A stretch of DNA of 64,000 nucleotides from a virus, in the IMG/VR virus record IMGVR_UViG_3300035696_000019, positions 32,001 to 96,000 of that record, one strand, 5' to 3'. Each line of letters starts with the position of its first letter. The stretch's first letter is position 1. The notes under the pieces are model-generated. The model saw nothing but the letters and a program-made list of their open reading frames with translations, was not told the DNA's origin and did no database searches. Position numbers and translations under genes: made by a program. Positions 56,628 to 64,000 of this stretch are shown here, piece after piece.

Positions 56628-58586
56628 TTAACGCGATTGGTCGAGCAAAGCCTCTTTCAATTGCCCAATGACTTTGGTCGGCAACTCGGATATGGAATTG
56701 ATCAGCACGTTCTTCGGGTAGAATGCGCGCGGCGCATCTGATTGAATGCCGATCCCTACCACGCGCATGCGCTTGGAAAGCTCCGCCACCGTTTCTTTGA
56801 GATGCGGCGCCAGTGTTTCATGTGCGCCATAAGCGGCGGGATAGCCGTCGCTCAGCACGATCAGAATCTTGCCCGCTTCACGACGCTGCAACAGCCGACG
56901 ACCAGCAATTGCGACACATTCCCCATCGACGTTGTTGCGCATGGTGCCGCAATGCGGAAGCCAGGCGAAGCGGTTGCGCACTTCGGTGGTCAGGCGCTCG
57001 TTGAAACTGCGGATCACCGGCATATACAGCCCTTCGACGCGCGAGTAACGAATCCCCAACTTGCGCTGCTCGCGCTCAATATCGGCGCTCATATCCTTGC
57101 CATCCAGATCCTTGGTGGTGAAGCAGATCACCTCATGCTTGATTCCCAGGCGCTCCAGTGTGGATGATAGCGCGTAGGCGGTCTGCGCCGCGCAATGAAT
57201 CTTCGCACCCGACATCGAGCCGGACATGTCAATAACCAGTGATACCGCCACGTCTTTCGTGGTGGCTTCGTGCTTGCGCGAGAACACGCGCGGGTCATTG
57301 AAGGTGAGACGCGTCAAGTTGGAGGCGTCCAACTTGCCCGATCGATGACCGTGGGAGCGCACCGCCATGGAACGGGCCGAGATAGCGCGCTCCAAGTCCT
57401 TCTGGAGCACGCCAACCATGTGATCGACTTCATCTTGCAGCTTTTTCAGCATTGTCGGCTGAAAGCCCTTGCCAACGTGCAGCGGTTCGATTTCGTCAAA
57501 GTCTGTGGTGTAGACATTGTAATCGCTCTTCTCAACAGCCCTAACTGCTTCGGCGGAGATTTCGCGCGACAGCGATTCGTCAAATGAGTTGGCAGAGTCT
57601 TTGTCGAGCGCCTCCCAGATGGGACTTTCTTTAGCGTCGTTGATTTCTGTGGAAGGTTCGCCATCTTCGTCGGACGTGATCGGGCCGTCACCTTCGTCTT
57701 CGCCTTCACCTTCGCCTTCGCCTTCGTCTTCACCTTCGCCTTCGCCTTCGTCTTCACCTTCGTCTTCACCTTCGCCTTCGTCTTCCTCGCCAGCCTCTTT
57801 CTCCTCCTCCTCCTTCTCCTCCTCGGAAGGTTTCCCCTCCCTCTTGCCTTTCTTGCTGGAGGGCTTCTTCTCGCTCTTGCCACCGCCAGACTTCTTCTCT
57901 TCCTTTGAAGTCTTGCTCACTCCGGCGGTGGAAGTTCCGCCGCTGGTCGGCGGGCAGACGCGCGCGACAATCTCCTCGCACACGTCAAAGCAATCCTGAG
58001 TGCTCGCGCATGCCTCGATCTTCGGCGCCAGGTCTTTGACCTTGTTGTAGAAGCCCTCGACCAGATGCATGCGATCTTTCATGAAGTCGCGGTAAAGCTC
58101 TTGGCCCGCCATTGCGCGGATCAGCGGGACAATCAGCGCCGCTTCAATAGCTTGCGGTCCCTCCGCTTGCGCCTTCTTCAAGTTCGGAATGAGGATTTTA
58201 TTGAGAAAGAAACGCCCTGTGTCGCGCAGGTTGGAGCCAGAGCCGGCAAACTTGCCGGCCATTGCCTTCTCGACATGCGGGTCTTCCAAAATATTGAGCA
58301 TATTGGAGAAAGCTTGACCGCGCGCGGCGCCCTTCATGATGATTGGCCATTCTGTGAAGAACACATGGCCCATTTCATGATCGAGAAAGCCTTGAATGGC
58401 GTCGCACAGTTCTTCGCTCGCCCCCTCTGGAATGAAAGGTAAGTTGATCAGTATCGGCTTACCTGACTCGTCAGCGCGCACGTAGGCTTGCGCGCCGCGC
58501 TGTGTAACTTGAATGTCGCTCCCGGCCAAAATCTGTGCGATTTTTGCAATCGACTCGCGCAAGATATAAATGCGACCATTTTTCAT
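56628..58586 (-). CDS. CobT-like vWA protein with N-terminal HExxH domain and acidic linker
   Basis: DHEMGH..F, NILED; MIDAS DMSGSM; VLSDG.P; GIGI. Confidence 0.88.
   Translation of the reverse strand: MKNGRIYILRESIAKIAQILAGSDIQVTQRGAQAYVRADESGKPILINLPFIPEGASEELCDAIQGFLDHEMGHVFFTEWPIIMKGAARGQAFSNMLNILEDPHVEKAMAGKFAGSGSNLRDTGRFFLNKILIPNLKKAQAEGPQAIEAALIVPLIRAMAGQELYRDFMKDRMHLVEGFYNKVKDLAPKIEACASTQDCFDVCEEIVARVCPPTSGGTSTAGVSKTSKEEKKSGGGKSEKKPSSKKGKREGKPSEEEKEEEEKEAGEEDEGEGEDEGEDEGEGEGEDEGEGEGEGEDEGDGPITSDEDGEPSTEINDAKESPIWEALDKDSANSFDESLSREISAEAVRAVEKSDYNVYTTDFDEIEPLHVGKGFQPTMLKKLQDEVDHMVGVLQKDLERAISARSMAVRSHGHRSGKLDASNLTRLTFNDPRVFSRKHEATTKDVAVSLVIDMSGSMSGAKIHCAAQTAYALSSTLERLGIKHEVICFTTKDLDGKDMSADIEREQRKLGIRYSRVEGLYMPVIRSFNERLTTEVRNRFAWLPHCGTMRNNVDGECVAIAGRRLLQRREAGKILIVLSDGYPAAYGAHETLAPHLKETVAELSKRMRVVGIGIQSDAPRAFYPKNVLINSISELPTKVIGQLKEALLDQSR
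57685..57825 (-). repeat. In-frame Glu/Gly/Asp repeat (GEGEDE)n
   Basis: CCTTCG/TCTTCA hexamer array inside the CobT-like gene. Confidence 0.85.
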
Positions 58587-58727
58587 TTCTGCATCTCCGA
58601 ACAAAAGTCACTCATGACTGAATGACGCAAGTATGCAATGGATGTGCAGGGGAGACAACTGCTTGTGGATTTCGCCAACAAAAAAGCCGAGCATTCGACT
58701 CGGCTTTGAACAGGTTGTCGATCAGCG

Positions 58728-58919
58728 TCACGAGGACATTGCCGCGCGCCCACTAGCGGAGTGGAGAACGGAAACCTTGCCACGCTTGGGGTGAAGGCCG
58801 CAAACCACCACCACGTCGCCCAAATCCAGGCGGCATTCGATCTGCATCTCGCCCATGGCGTCCGATGCCGTTTCGAAATCTACTTCCTCCCAACCCTCAT
58901 GCGCACTCATACCACTCAT
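58728..58919 (-). CDS. Hypothetical small protein
   Basis: GAGGAG RBS; terminator at 58680-58707; divergent from the repressor. Confidence 0.55.
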   Translation of the reverse strand: MSGMSAHEGWEEVDFETASDAMGEMQIECRLDLGDVVVVCGLHPKRGKVSVLHSASGRAAMSS

Positions 58920-58957
58920 TCACATCTCCTCTCGTCAAATAACGGTAACGCTTAGTA

Positions 58958-59107
58958 TAGTCACTAAGGACTTATTTCATACTGTCAATTTAAAAAAAAC
59001 TGCATTTTCGATAACTAATCTTTACTTGATTGGCAACGGTTGCCGTTATATAACTTGCGTTTGCGGCGGATTCGCGCACTGTCTAGCCAGTAAGTCACGA
59101 TTGACTG
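58958..59107. promoter_or_regulatory. Divergent control region with two operators
   Basis: TAGTCACTAAGGACTT (58958) and AAGTCACGATTGACTG (59092). Confidence 0.65.
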
Positions 59108-59196
59108 TTACTTATCTATACTTAGTGCTGATGGTTGAACATCCGTAACCCGACAGTTAGTTACCAAAGTGCGGCACGTGCCGCGAAGGAGAAGAA

Positions 59197-59637
59197 ATGA
59201 CGGCTTCTACCCAACCCGATACCAAGTGGAAAAAGTTACCCAAGGTTTCCGAATACATCACCAGGCAAGTTGCACTATGCGGCAAACCTCAAACGCAAAT
59301 TGCGAGTGAGGCGGGCTTTGACAAGCCGAACATTATTACCATGTTCAAAACCGGCGCTACAAAATTGCCGATTCCTCGCGTTGCTGTTTTGGCAAAAGCT
59401 CTTGGCGTCGATCCAATCTTTTTACTACGACTTGCCATGTCCGAATATCAACCGGATAACTGGGCGGCCATTGAGTCAATTTTGACCCAACCAGTCTTAA
59501 CGGAAAATGAACTAGAAATCATCCAACTTGTCCGATCTGCAAATGTTCAAAATCCAAAACTACGAAATGACGAAGATAAGCAAATGCTACTAGACGCCAT
59601 CAATAACTTAAAAGGCGACAATGAAATAGCCGATTAA
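59197..59637 (+). CDS. XRE-family HTH repressor
   Basis: QTQIASEAGFDKPNIITMFKTG..KLP...LAKALGVDP; terminator at 59661-59692. Confidence 0.85.
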   Translation: MTASTQPDTKWKKLPKVSEYITRQVALCGKPQTQIASEAGFDKPNIITMFKTGATKLPIPRVAVLAKALGVDPIFLLRLAMSEYQPDNWAAIESILTQPVLTENELEIIQLVRSANVQNPKLRNDEDKQMLLDAINNLKGDNEIAD

Positions 59638-59906
59638 GCCACAAAAATAAGAAATTTAATCAAAGGGCGCAATATTGTGCCCTTTGCATTTTCTCAACAC
59701 TCACGCAACGCGGGTGAAAATAATAGAACCGCGCTTACTGTGTCGCAATCAATTTAGTGCATGTTACGCTTGATTAAGATCAACCCTTTTCCATCCGTTT
59801 AGAACAACTCAAAACATGGAAACAGTTTTAAATCGCTCTTATCTGCGTCATGCCTCAATTGCATTCCAACTAATGCCCAGACACCCCTTATGTGCTGTTT
59901 CTCGCA

Positions 59907-59936
59907 AATATCCTAAAACCTTTGTTTTAGGATATT
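59907..59936. other. Putative tyrosine-recombinase resolution site
   Basis: AATATCCTAAAA-CCTTTG-TTTTAGGATATT (12-6-12), about 80 bp upstream of the recombinase gene. Confidence 0.65.
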
Positions 59937-60014
59937 CCAGCCGCTAAACCGCGTCGTTGCTAGGTTCCGCGACTTGCCTTACCTTTCGCCCCGAGTGCAC
60001 CCTATAATCAGCGC

Positions 60015-60593
60015 ATGGGACGAAAACAAGGCATTGCTCCATATATCGAGGAAGAAGACATGCAGCGCGTCATCGCGGCGTGTGATGGCCCCAACCAGGC
60101 ACGCAACCGCGCGATTCTGCTCGTCTCCTACAACCTGGGGCTACGCGCGAAGGAACTTGCCTCACTGACGATCGGTGACATGCTCGACGCGGACGGTCGG
60201 CTGAATGAGACGATCCGACTGTTGAAGCACATGACCAAGGGCGCGAAGTTCCGTGAGGTGTTTCTGGTGCATGACGCGACTCGTCAGACATTGGAGGATT
60301 ACCTGTCTCATCGCGGCAGACGCGGCGGGGATCGCCCGCTATTTCTCTCTCAGAAGGGCCAGCCTTTTTCCGCCAATTCCATGCAACGGCTCATGGGTCA
60401 GCTCTATCACAATGCGCACATCCTCGGGTCATCACACTCCGGGCGCCGGTCGTTTGCCACGCGATTGATCGAACGCGGGGCCGACATTTACGCCATCAAG
60501 GAACTGATGGGTCACGAGTCCATCACGACAACGCAGGCTTACTTTTTCGCATCGCCGGAAAGACTCAAGAAAATCAGCAAGTTGCTAGGTTGA
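60015..60593 (+). CDS. Tyrosine recombinase, catalytic domain only (resolvase)
   Basis: GLRAKE, TKG, HSGRRS, LMGHESITTTQAY. Confidence 0.92.
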   Translation: MGRKQGIAPYIEEEDMQRVIAACDGPNQARNRAILLVSYNLGLRAKELASLTIGDMLDADGRLNETIRLLKHMTKGAKFREVFLVHDATRQTLEDYLSHRGRRGGDRPLFLSQKGQPFSANSMQRLMGQLYHNAHILGSSHSGRRSFATRLIERGADIYAIKELMGHESITTTQAYFFASPERLKKISKLLG

Positions 60594-60697
60594 TATGATT
60601 TCATAGCATAGGCTTTGATCGCACATCATTTCATATGACTTGCTTTGCTTTCATAGCATATGCTTTGCTATGCTTTGATTTGATTGCCTCATATGAG
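60592..60697. repeat. Putative partition centromere/operator
   Basis: Repeated TTTCATAGCATA / TGCTTTG units directly upstream of parA. Confidence 0.6.
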
Positions 60698-60717
60698 GCC
60701 GCAACGTGGAGAATGGG

Positions 60718-61371
60718 ATGATCACGGTCGTGGGGTCTGAAAAGGGCGGCGTAGGCAAGACAACGCTCGCAACCAATATCGCAACGGTCATTGCGGCAGA
60801 GCCGAGCGTCGGAAGCGTGCTGCTGGTCAGTTGCGACAAGCAGGGCAGCGCAGTCGGGTGGGCGACGATCCGTTATAGCTGCGGCGTTGAGCCGAACATC
60901 GAGTGGCTTTCAAAGCTTGGGGCCGATGTGGGCAGTGCACTGATCAGTCTGCGTGACGACTTTGACCACATCGTTGTGGATTGCGCCGGCGAGGACTCGA
61001 CGGAGCTGCGTCAAGCAATGATGGTTGCCGATCGCATGTTACTGCCTCTACTGCCAAGCTCATTCGATATCTGGACACTCGGCACACTGGCGGAACACGT
61101 CAAGAGCGCGCGCGCCAAGGGGAACGCCAAACTGACGCCGCTGATGGTTATCAACAAAGCCAGCACGAACGCCAGTCTCGAAAGCGAGGTCACAGAGACG
61201 CGCGATCTGCTCGCCAGCTTTGACGGCGTGCTGCGACTGGCGAACACAGTGGTGCACGACCGTGTAGTGTTTCGTCGGGCTGTGCGCTCCGGACATGGCG
61301 TCATTGAGGTCTCAGGCAGTCGGAAGGCAGCCGACGAGGTGCGAGCGCTCTGCGAGGAGCTATACGCATGA
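60718..61371 (+). CDS. parA: Type Ib ParA (ParF-like) ATPase
   Basis: EKGGVGKTT, D.QGS, IVVD; no N-terminal HTH. Confidence 0.92.
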   Translation: MITVVGSEKGGVGKTTLATNIATVIAAEPSVGSVLLVSCDKQGSAVGWATIRYSCGVEPNIEWLSKLGADVGSALISLRDDFDHIVVDCAGEDSTELRQAMMVADRMLLPLLPSSFDIWTLGTLAEHVKSARAKGNAKLTPLMVINKASTNASLESEVTETRDLLASFDGVLRLANTVVHDRVVFRRAVRSGHGVIEVSGSRKAADEVRALCEELYA

Positions 61372-61676
61372 CTAAGCCAACCAAACCCCCGCTACAGCTT
61401 AACCCACTTGCACAGGGCGCCACCTCGTCGGAAGAACTCGCTCGACGACTGGAGAATGCCGCCGACTGGACGGCGCAGGCAGAGTTGAAACCTGGCGTGA
61501 CGCCTTGGGCCAACGCCCACCCCAAAATGAAGGTAAACTTCCTCTACAGGATGAGTGAAGAACTCCATTTGAAGCTTAAATTTATCGTGGAGCATGAGCC
61601 TCAGACATCCATGCAAAAGCTTGTCAATGAAGCTGTTGAAGCCGAAGTGGAAAGGCGACTGAGAAAGTTTAGATAG
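61368..61676 (+). CDS. Ribbon-helix-helix centromere-binding protein
   Basis: ATGA coupling to parA; PW...FLYRMSEELHLKLK...SMQKLV.EAVE. Confidence 0.75.
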   Translation: MTKPTKPPLQLNPLAQGATSSEELARRLENAADWTAQAELKPGVTPWANAHPKMKVNFLYRMSEELHLKLKFIVEHEPQTSMQKLVNEAVEAEVERRLRKFR

Positions 61677-61680
61677 CGGC

Positions 61681-62204
61681 GATTGCACCCCAATTGCACC
61701 GCAAATGCTATTTGAGGGACAAAGTTAGCGTGCGGAATATCGCTCAAAGCCAATAGCGACAAGACCTGAAAGGCTACACGCTGCGCGCGGCGGGCATCAT
61801 CAACATGTTCCCGCACACCGCCCACGTCGAATCCATCGCCTTGTTCGAAAAAACCGGCCCGGGCAAGAGCCGCGAAGAACTCGACGCAATGGAAGCCGAA
61901 GAAGCCGCACGCATCGCCGCCAACAAGGCCGCGAAAGAAGCGCGTAAAGCCCTGGAAGCCGAAGAGAAAAAGCGCCTGGCAGAAGAAGCCAATGCCAAGA
62001 AAGAAGCGCGTCACCAGCACTATCTGGACAACAAGGAATACTACGACGCCAGAAGCGCGGCGCAGCTTGAAAAACAGAAGGCCGAAGCCGCGTTGAACCC
62101 GAACCCGGTGAAGAAGAAAAAGAAGTCCAGAAACCGGCGGTAAACGGGAAGATTTATCATTGACGAGTAGGTAGGTTGCATGGATTGCACCGCAATTGCA
62201 CCGC
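61681..62204. mobile_element. attP: arm-type direct repeats flanking the rlmD 3' replacement
   Basis: GATTGCACCSCAATTGCACCGC at 61681-61702 and 62183-62204. Confidence 0.75.
61769..62143 (+). pseudogene. rlmD: 3' fragment of 23S rRNA m5U1939 methyltransferase gene (rlmD/rumA)
   Basis: [28 protein letters not shown] is the RlmD/TrmA C-terminal motif; there is no 5' part; codon usage is host-like. Confidence 0.8.
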
Positions 62205-62223
62205 GAAAAATGCGGGGAAAACC

Positions 62224-63414
62224 ATGCAAGTTGTTCTTACAGATAGTCTCATTTCCCGGCTGTCGTTTGCCTCAAAGGGCGACCGATACGAGGTCATTGA
62301 CCGACGACAGCCGGGATTGATCGTTGTGGTAGGCTCGCGCTCGAAAGTCTTCTACTGGCGCACGCGCGTCAATTACAAACCTATCAAAGTCAATCTGGGT
62401 CAATTCGGGACGACGACGACCCAACAAGCTCGGGCAGAAGTCCTCAAGTTGATTCTCCAGTCGCGAGAGGGGGTCTTGCCGCCCTCTCTACGCAAAGAGA
62501 AGGCTCTGCGTGTAACCACTCCCTCTCTACAACAGGTCTTCGATCAGTATTTGGTGATGCGCAAGCTGCGCCAAACATCCATCGACTCCTACAAGAAAAT
62601 CGCCCGTCTTTATCTGGCTGATCTCATGTCGCGAGAAGTCTCGGCCATAACCAGCCTTGACTGCATGAAGCTTTACCAAGCATTGCGCGACGACAAGTCG
62701 CCAGCCAAAGCCAACGATGCCATTCGTCTTCTGAATGCGCTAATGGTCTACGCGGCAGCGGCGTTCGATGTTGAGGTTTGTCAGGTGAAGTCGAAGCTTA
62801 AAGCCGCCGGGCTTCTCCAGCCGACGCCAGCGCGCAACGACCTGATTAAAGACGGCGAATTGACGGCGTGGTTTGAGGCGCTGATGCCCCGGCCCACCCA
62901 TTATCGAATGATGTTGCTGACGGCGATCCTGACCGGCTTTCGCAAAGGCGAACTCGAAAAACTCGCGTGGGACGACTTCTCAAAAGTTGAAGGCACACTA
63001 CTGGCCCGCGACACCAAAAATCACCGCGATCATTTACTCCCCATAGGGCCGGCGCTGACAGATACATTGGGTCGTTACCTCGAACAGCGCTCAAGGATCG
63101 GACTTATATTTGGCCCGAGAATAGACCGGTGGATTTCACTCTCTGCCGCAAAGGGTGGAGTCGAGTTCTCGGCTCACACGCTGCGTCGAACATTCGCATC
63201 TGCCGCATCGAAGCTTTTGGGTAATCCAACCATGGTGAAAACGCTACTGAATCACAGCATGGGCAACGACGTGACGGCGCACAATTACATTCGATTTGAG
63301 CGCGAAGACCTGCGTGCGGCGATGACGCACATAGAGGAATTCTTTCTGTCAAAAGTGGACATCACACTCTTTTTGACGGAGCTATACCGCGCCAAGCACA
63401 AGTCTGAGGATTGA
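62224..63414 (+). CDS. Tyrosine integrase with arm-binding domain
   Basis: N-terminal D...PGL.V.V....K.F; TGFRKGE, TKN, HTLRRT, LLNH, HNY. Confidence 0.93.
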   Translation: MQVVLTDSLISRLSFASKGDRYEVIDRRQPGLIVVVGSRSKVFYWRTRVNYKPIKVNLGQFGTTTTQQARAEVLKLILQSREGVLPPSLRKEKALRVTTPSLQQVFDQYLVMRKLRQTSIDSYKKIARLYLADLMSREVSAITSLDCMKLYQALRDDKSPAKANDAIRLLNALMVYAAAAFDVEVCQVKSKLKAAGLLQPTPARNDLIKDGELTAWFEALMPRPTHYRMMLLTAILTGFRKGELEKLAWDDFSKVEGTLLARDTKNHRDHLLPIGPALTDTLGRYLEQRSRIGLIFGPRIDRWISLSAAKGGVEFSAHTLRRTFASAASKLLGNPTMVKTLLNHSMGNDVTAHNYIRFEREDLRAAMTHIEEFFLSKVDITLFLTELYRAKHKSED

Positions 63415-63425
63415 GTGTTCGACAG

Positions 63426-63707
63426 TCACGCCACTTCGTTCTCGCGCAGACCCGCCATGCTTAACGCCGGACAGCGGATCGGTGCGCGGTTCTGCGTCAC
63501 TTCGCGCGCGATGTAAGATAGCATCAGATCGACGAGACGGAAGCCTTCGCTACGCTGACCATCCAATCTCAAGCGTGTCTGAAAGGCGAGCACATGGATC
63601 GGTTGCAGCGTGTCGAGCGGACGCGACCAAAGCGGAGACGAGAATAGCGCCGTGTCACATAGAGCGTAACGCAGCGCCGGGATGTCTTTCATAGCCAGTG
63701 TGTTCAT
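63426..63707 (-). CDS. Hypothetical protein
   Basis: Likely start MNTL; convergent with the integrase. Confidence 0.4.
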   Translation of the reverse strand: MNTLAMKDIPALRYALCDTALFSSPLWSRPLDTLQPIHVLAFQTRLRLDGQRSEGFRLVDLMLSYIAREVTQNRAPIRCPALSMAGLRENEVA

Positions 63708-63726
63708 ACTGGCTATCGTAGCAAAG

Positions 63727-63936
63727 TTATGCGGCGTTTGCCGCTCGTTTGGAGAGTTCGGCGGCGCGCTGAGTGGAGTATTCCACCCAGGCGAGCATAT
63801 CGAACAGCGGCACGACCTGACCATTGGCATCAATGATCTGCACGTTGCCTGGCACCCCTGGCGGGCCAGCAAACGACCGCCAGGGCATTGTTTTGACCAG
63901 ATCGTCGATGCTGCGCTTGTTGAGTTGTTCGCTCAT
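63727..63936 (-). CDS. Hypothetical small protein
   Basis: GAGGA RBS. Confidence 0.5.
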   Translation of the reverse strand: MSEQLNKRSIDDLVKTMPWRSFAGPPGVPGNVQIIDANGQVVPLFDMLAWVEYSTQRAAELSKRAANAA

Positions 63937-64000
63937 TACTGACTTATTCCTCAGAGTTTAGTTACGTCGCATTGACTGGCGGATCGTGTCTCTTTCAATC

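Noticed and set aside
27251-57999. Long plus-strand ORFs such as 27297-28364, 29467-30411, 31849-32700, 34175-35026, 42535-43524 and 48040-48834
   Set aside because: They are antisense shadows of well-supported minus-strand genes.
55312-58586. Cobalamin biosynthesis genes
   Set aside because: No cobN or other cob genes; this is a phage-type MoxR/vWA pair.
61805-62143. Stand-alone 112-aa gene
   Set aside because: RlmD similarity extends upstream of the Met and there is no RBS; it is an att-borne gene fragment.
1-64000. tRNA/rRNA genes, IS elements, conjugation genes
   Set aside because: None recognised by eye; tRNAscan-SE and ISEScan would be needed to exclude them.

Overview
The window is a 64-kb slice of a large temperate phage-plasmid. 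Its gene content and order resemble the SSU5/pHCM2 type (from recall, not a search), and the host is probably a betaproteobacterium. From left to right it contains: (1) terminase large (partial) and small subunits; (2) a GNAT + ABC-ATPase + ParB-like cluster and an Acb2-like anti-CBASS protein; (3) an SF2 helicase; (4) a ~20-kb accessory region of promoter-led small genes that begins with a 1.85-kb stretch free of GGC/GGG/GCC/CCC and includes a possible origin; (5) nucleotide metabolism and a T4-like recombination/replication module (thyA, MazG-like, HU, RuvC, SbcCD, RecA, flap nuclease, SSB, DnaE); (6) a sigma factor and a CobS/CobT-like AAA+/vWA pair; (7) an XRE repressor, a resolvase with its site and a ParA/RHH partition cassette; (8) an attP carrying the 3' end of rlmD, next to an integrase. 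The most notable signal is a fractured dnaE whose two halves carry only the non-catalytic docking parts of a split intein, with a decayed homing-endonuclease remnant between them and a UDG-like domain fused to the C-half. Other strong signals are the GGS-free zone, about 25 copies of an AAGTCA-N4-TGACTT operator, and C-terminal tags shared by unrelated small proteins. All calls come from motif recognition by eye; no database search was run.
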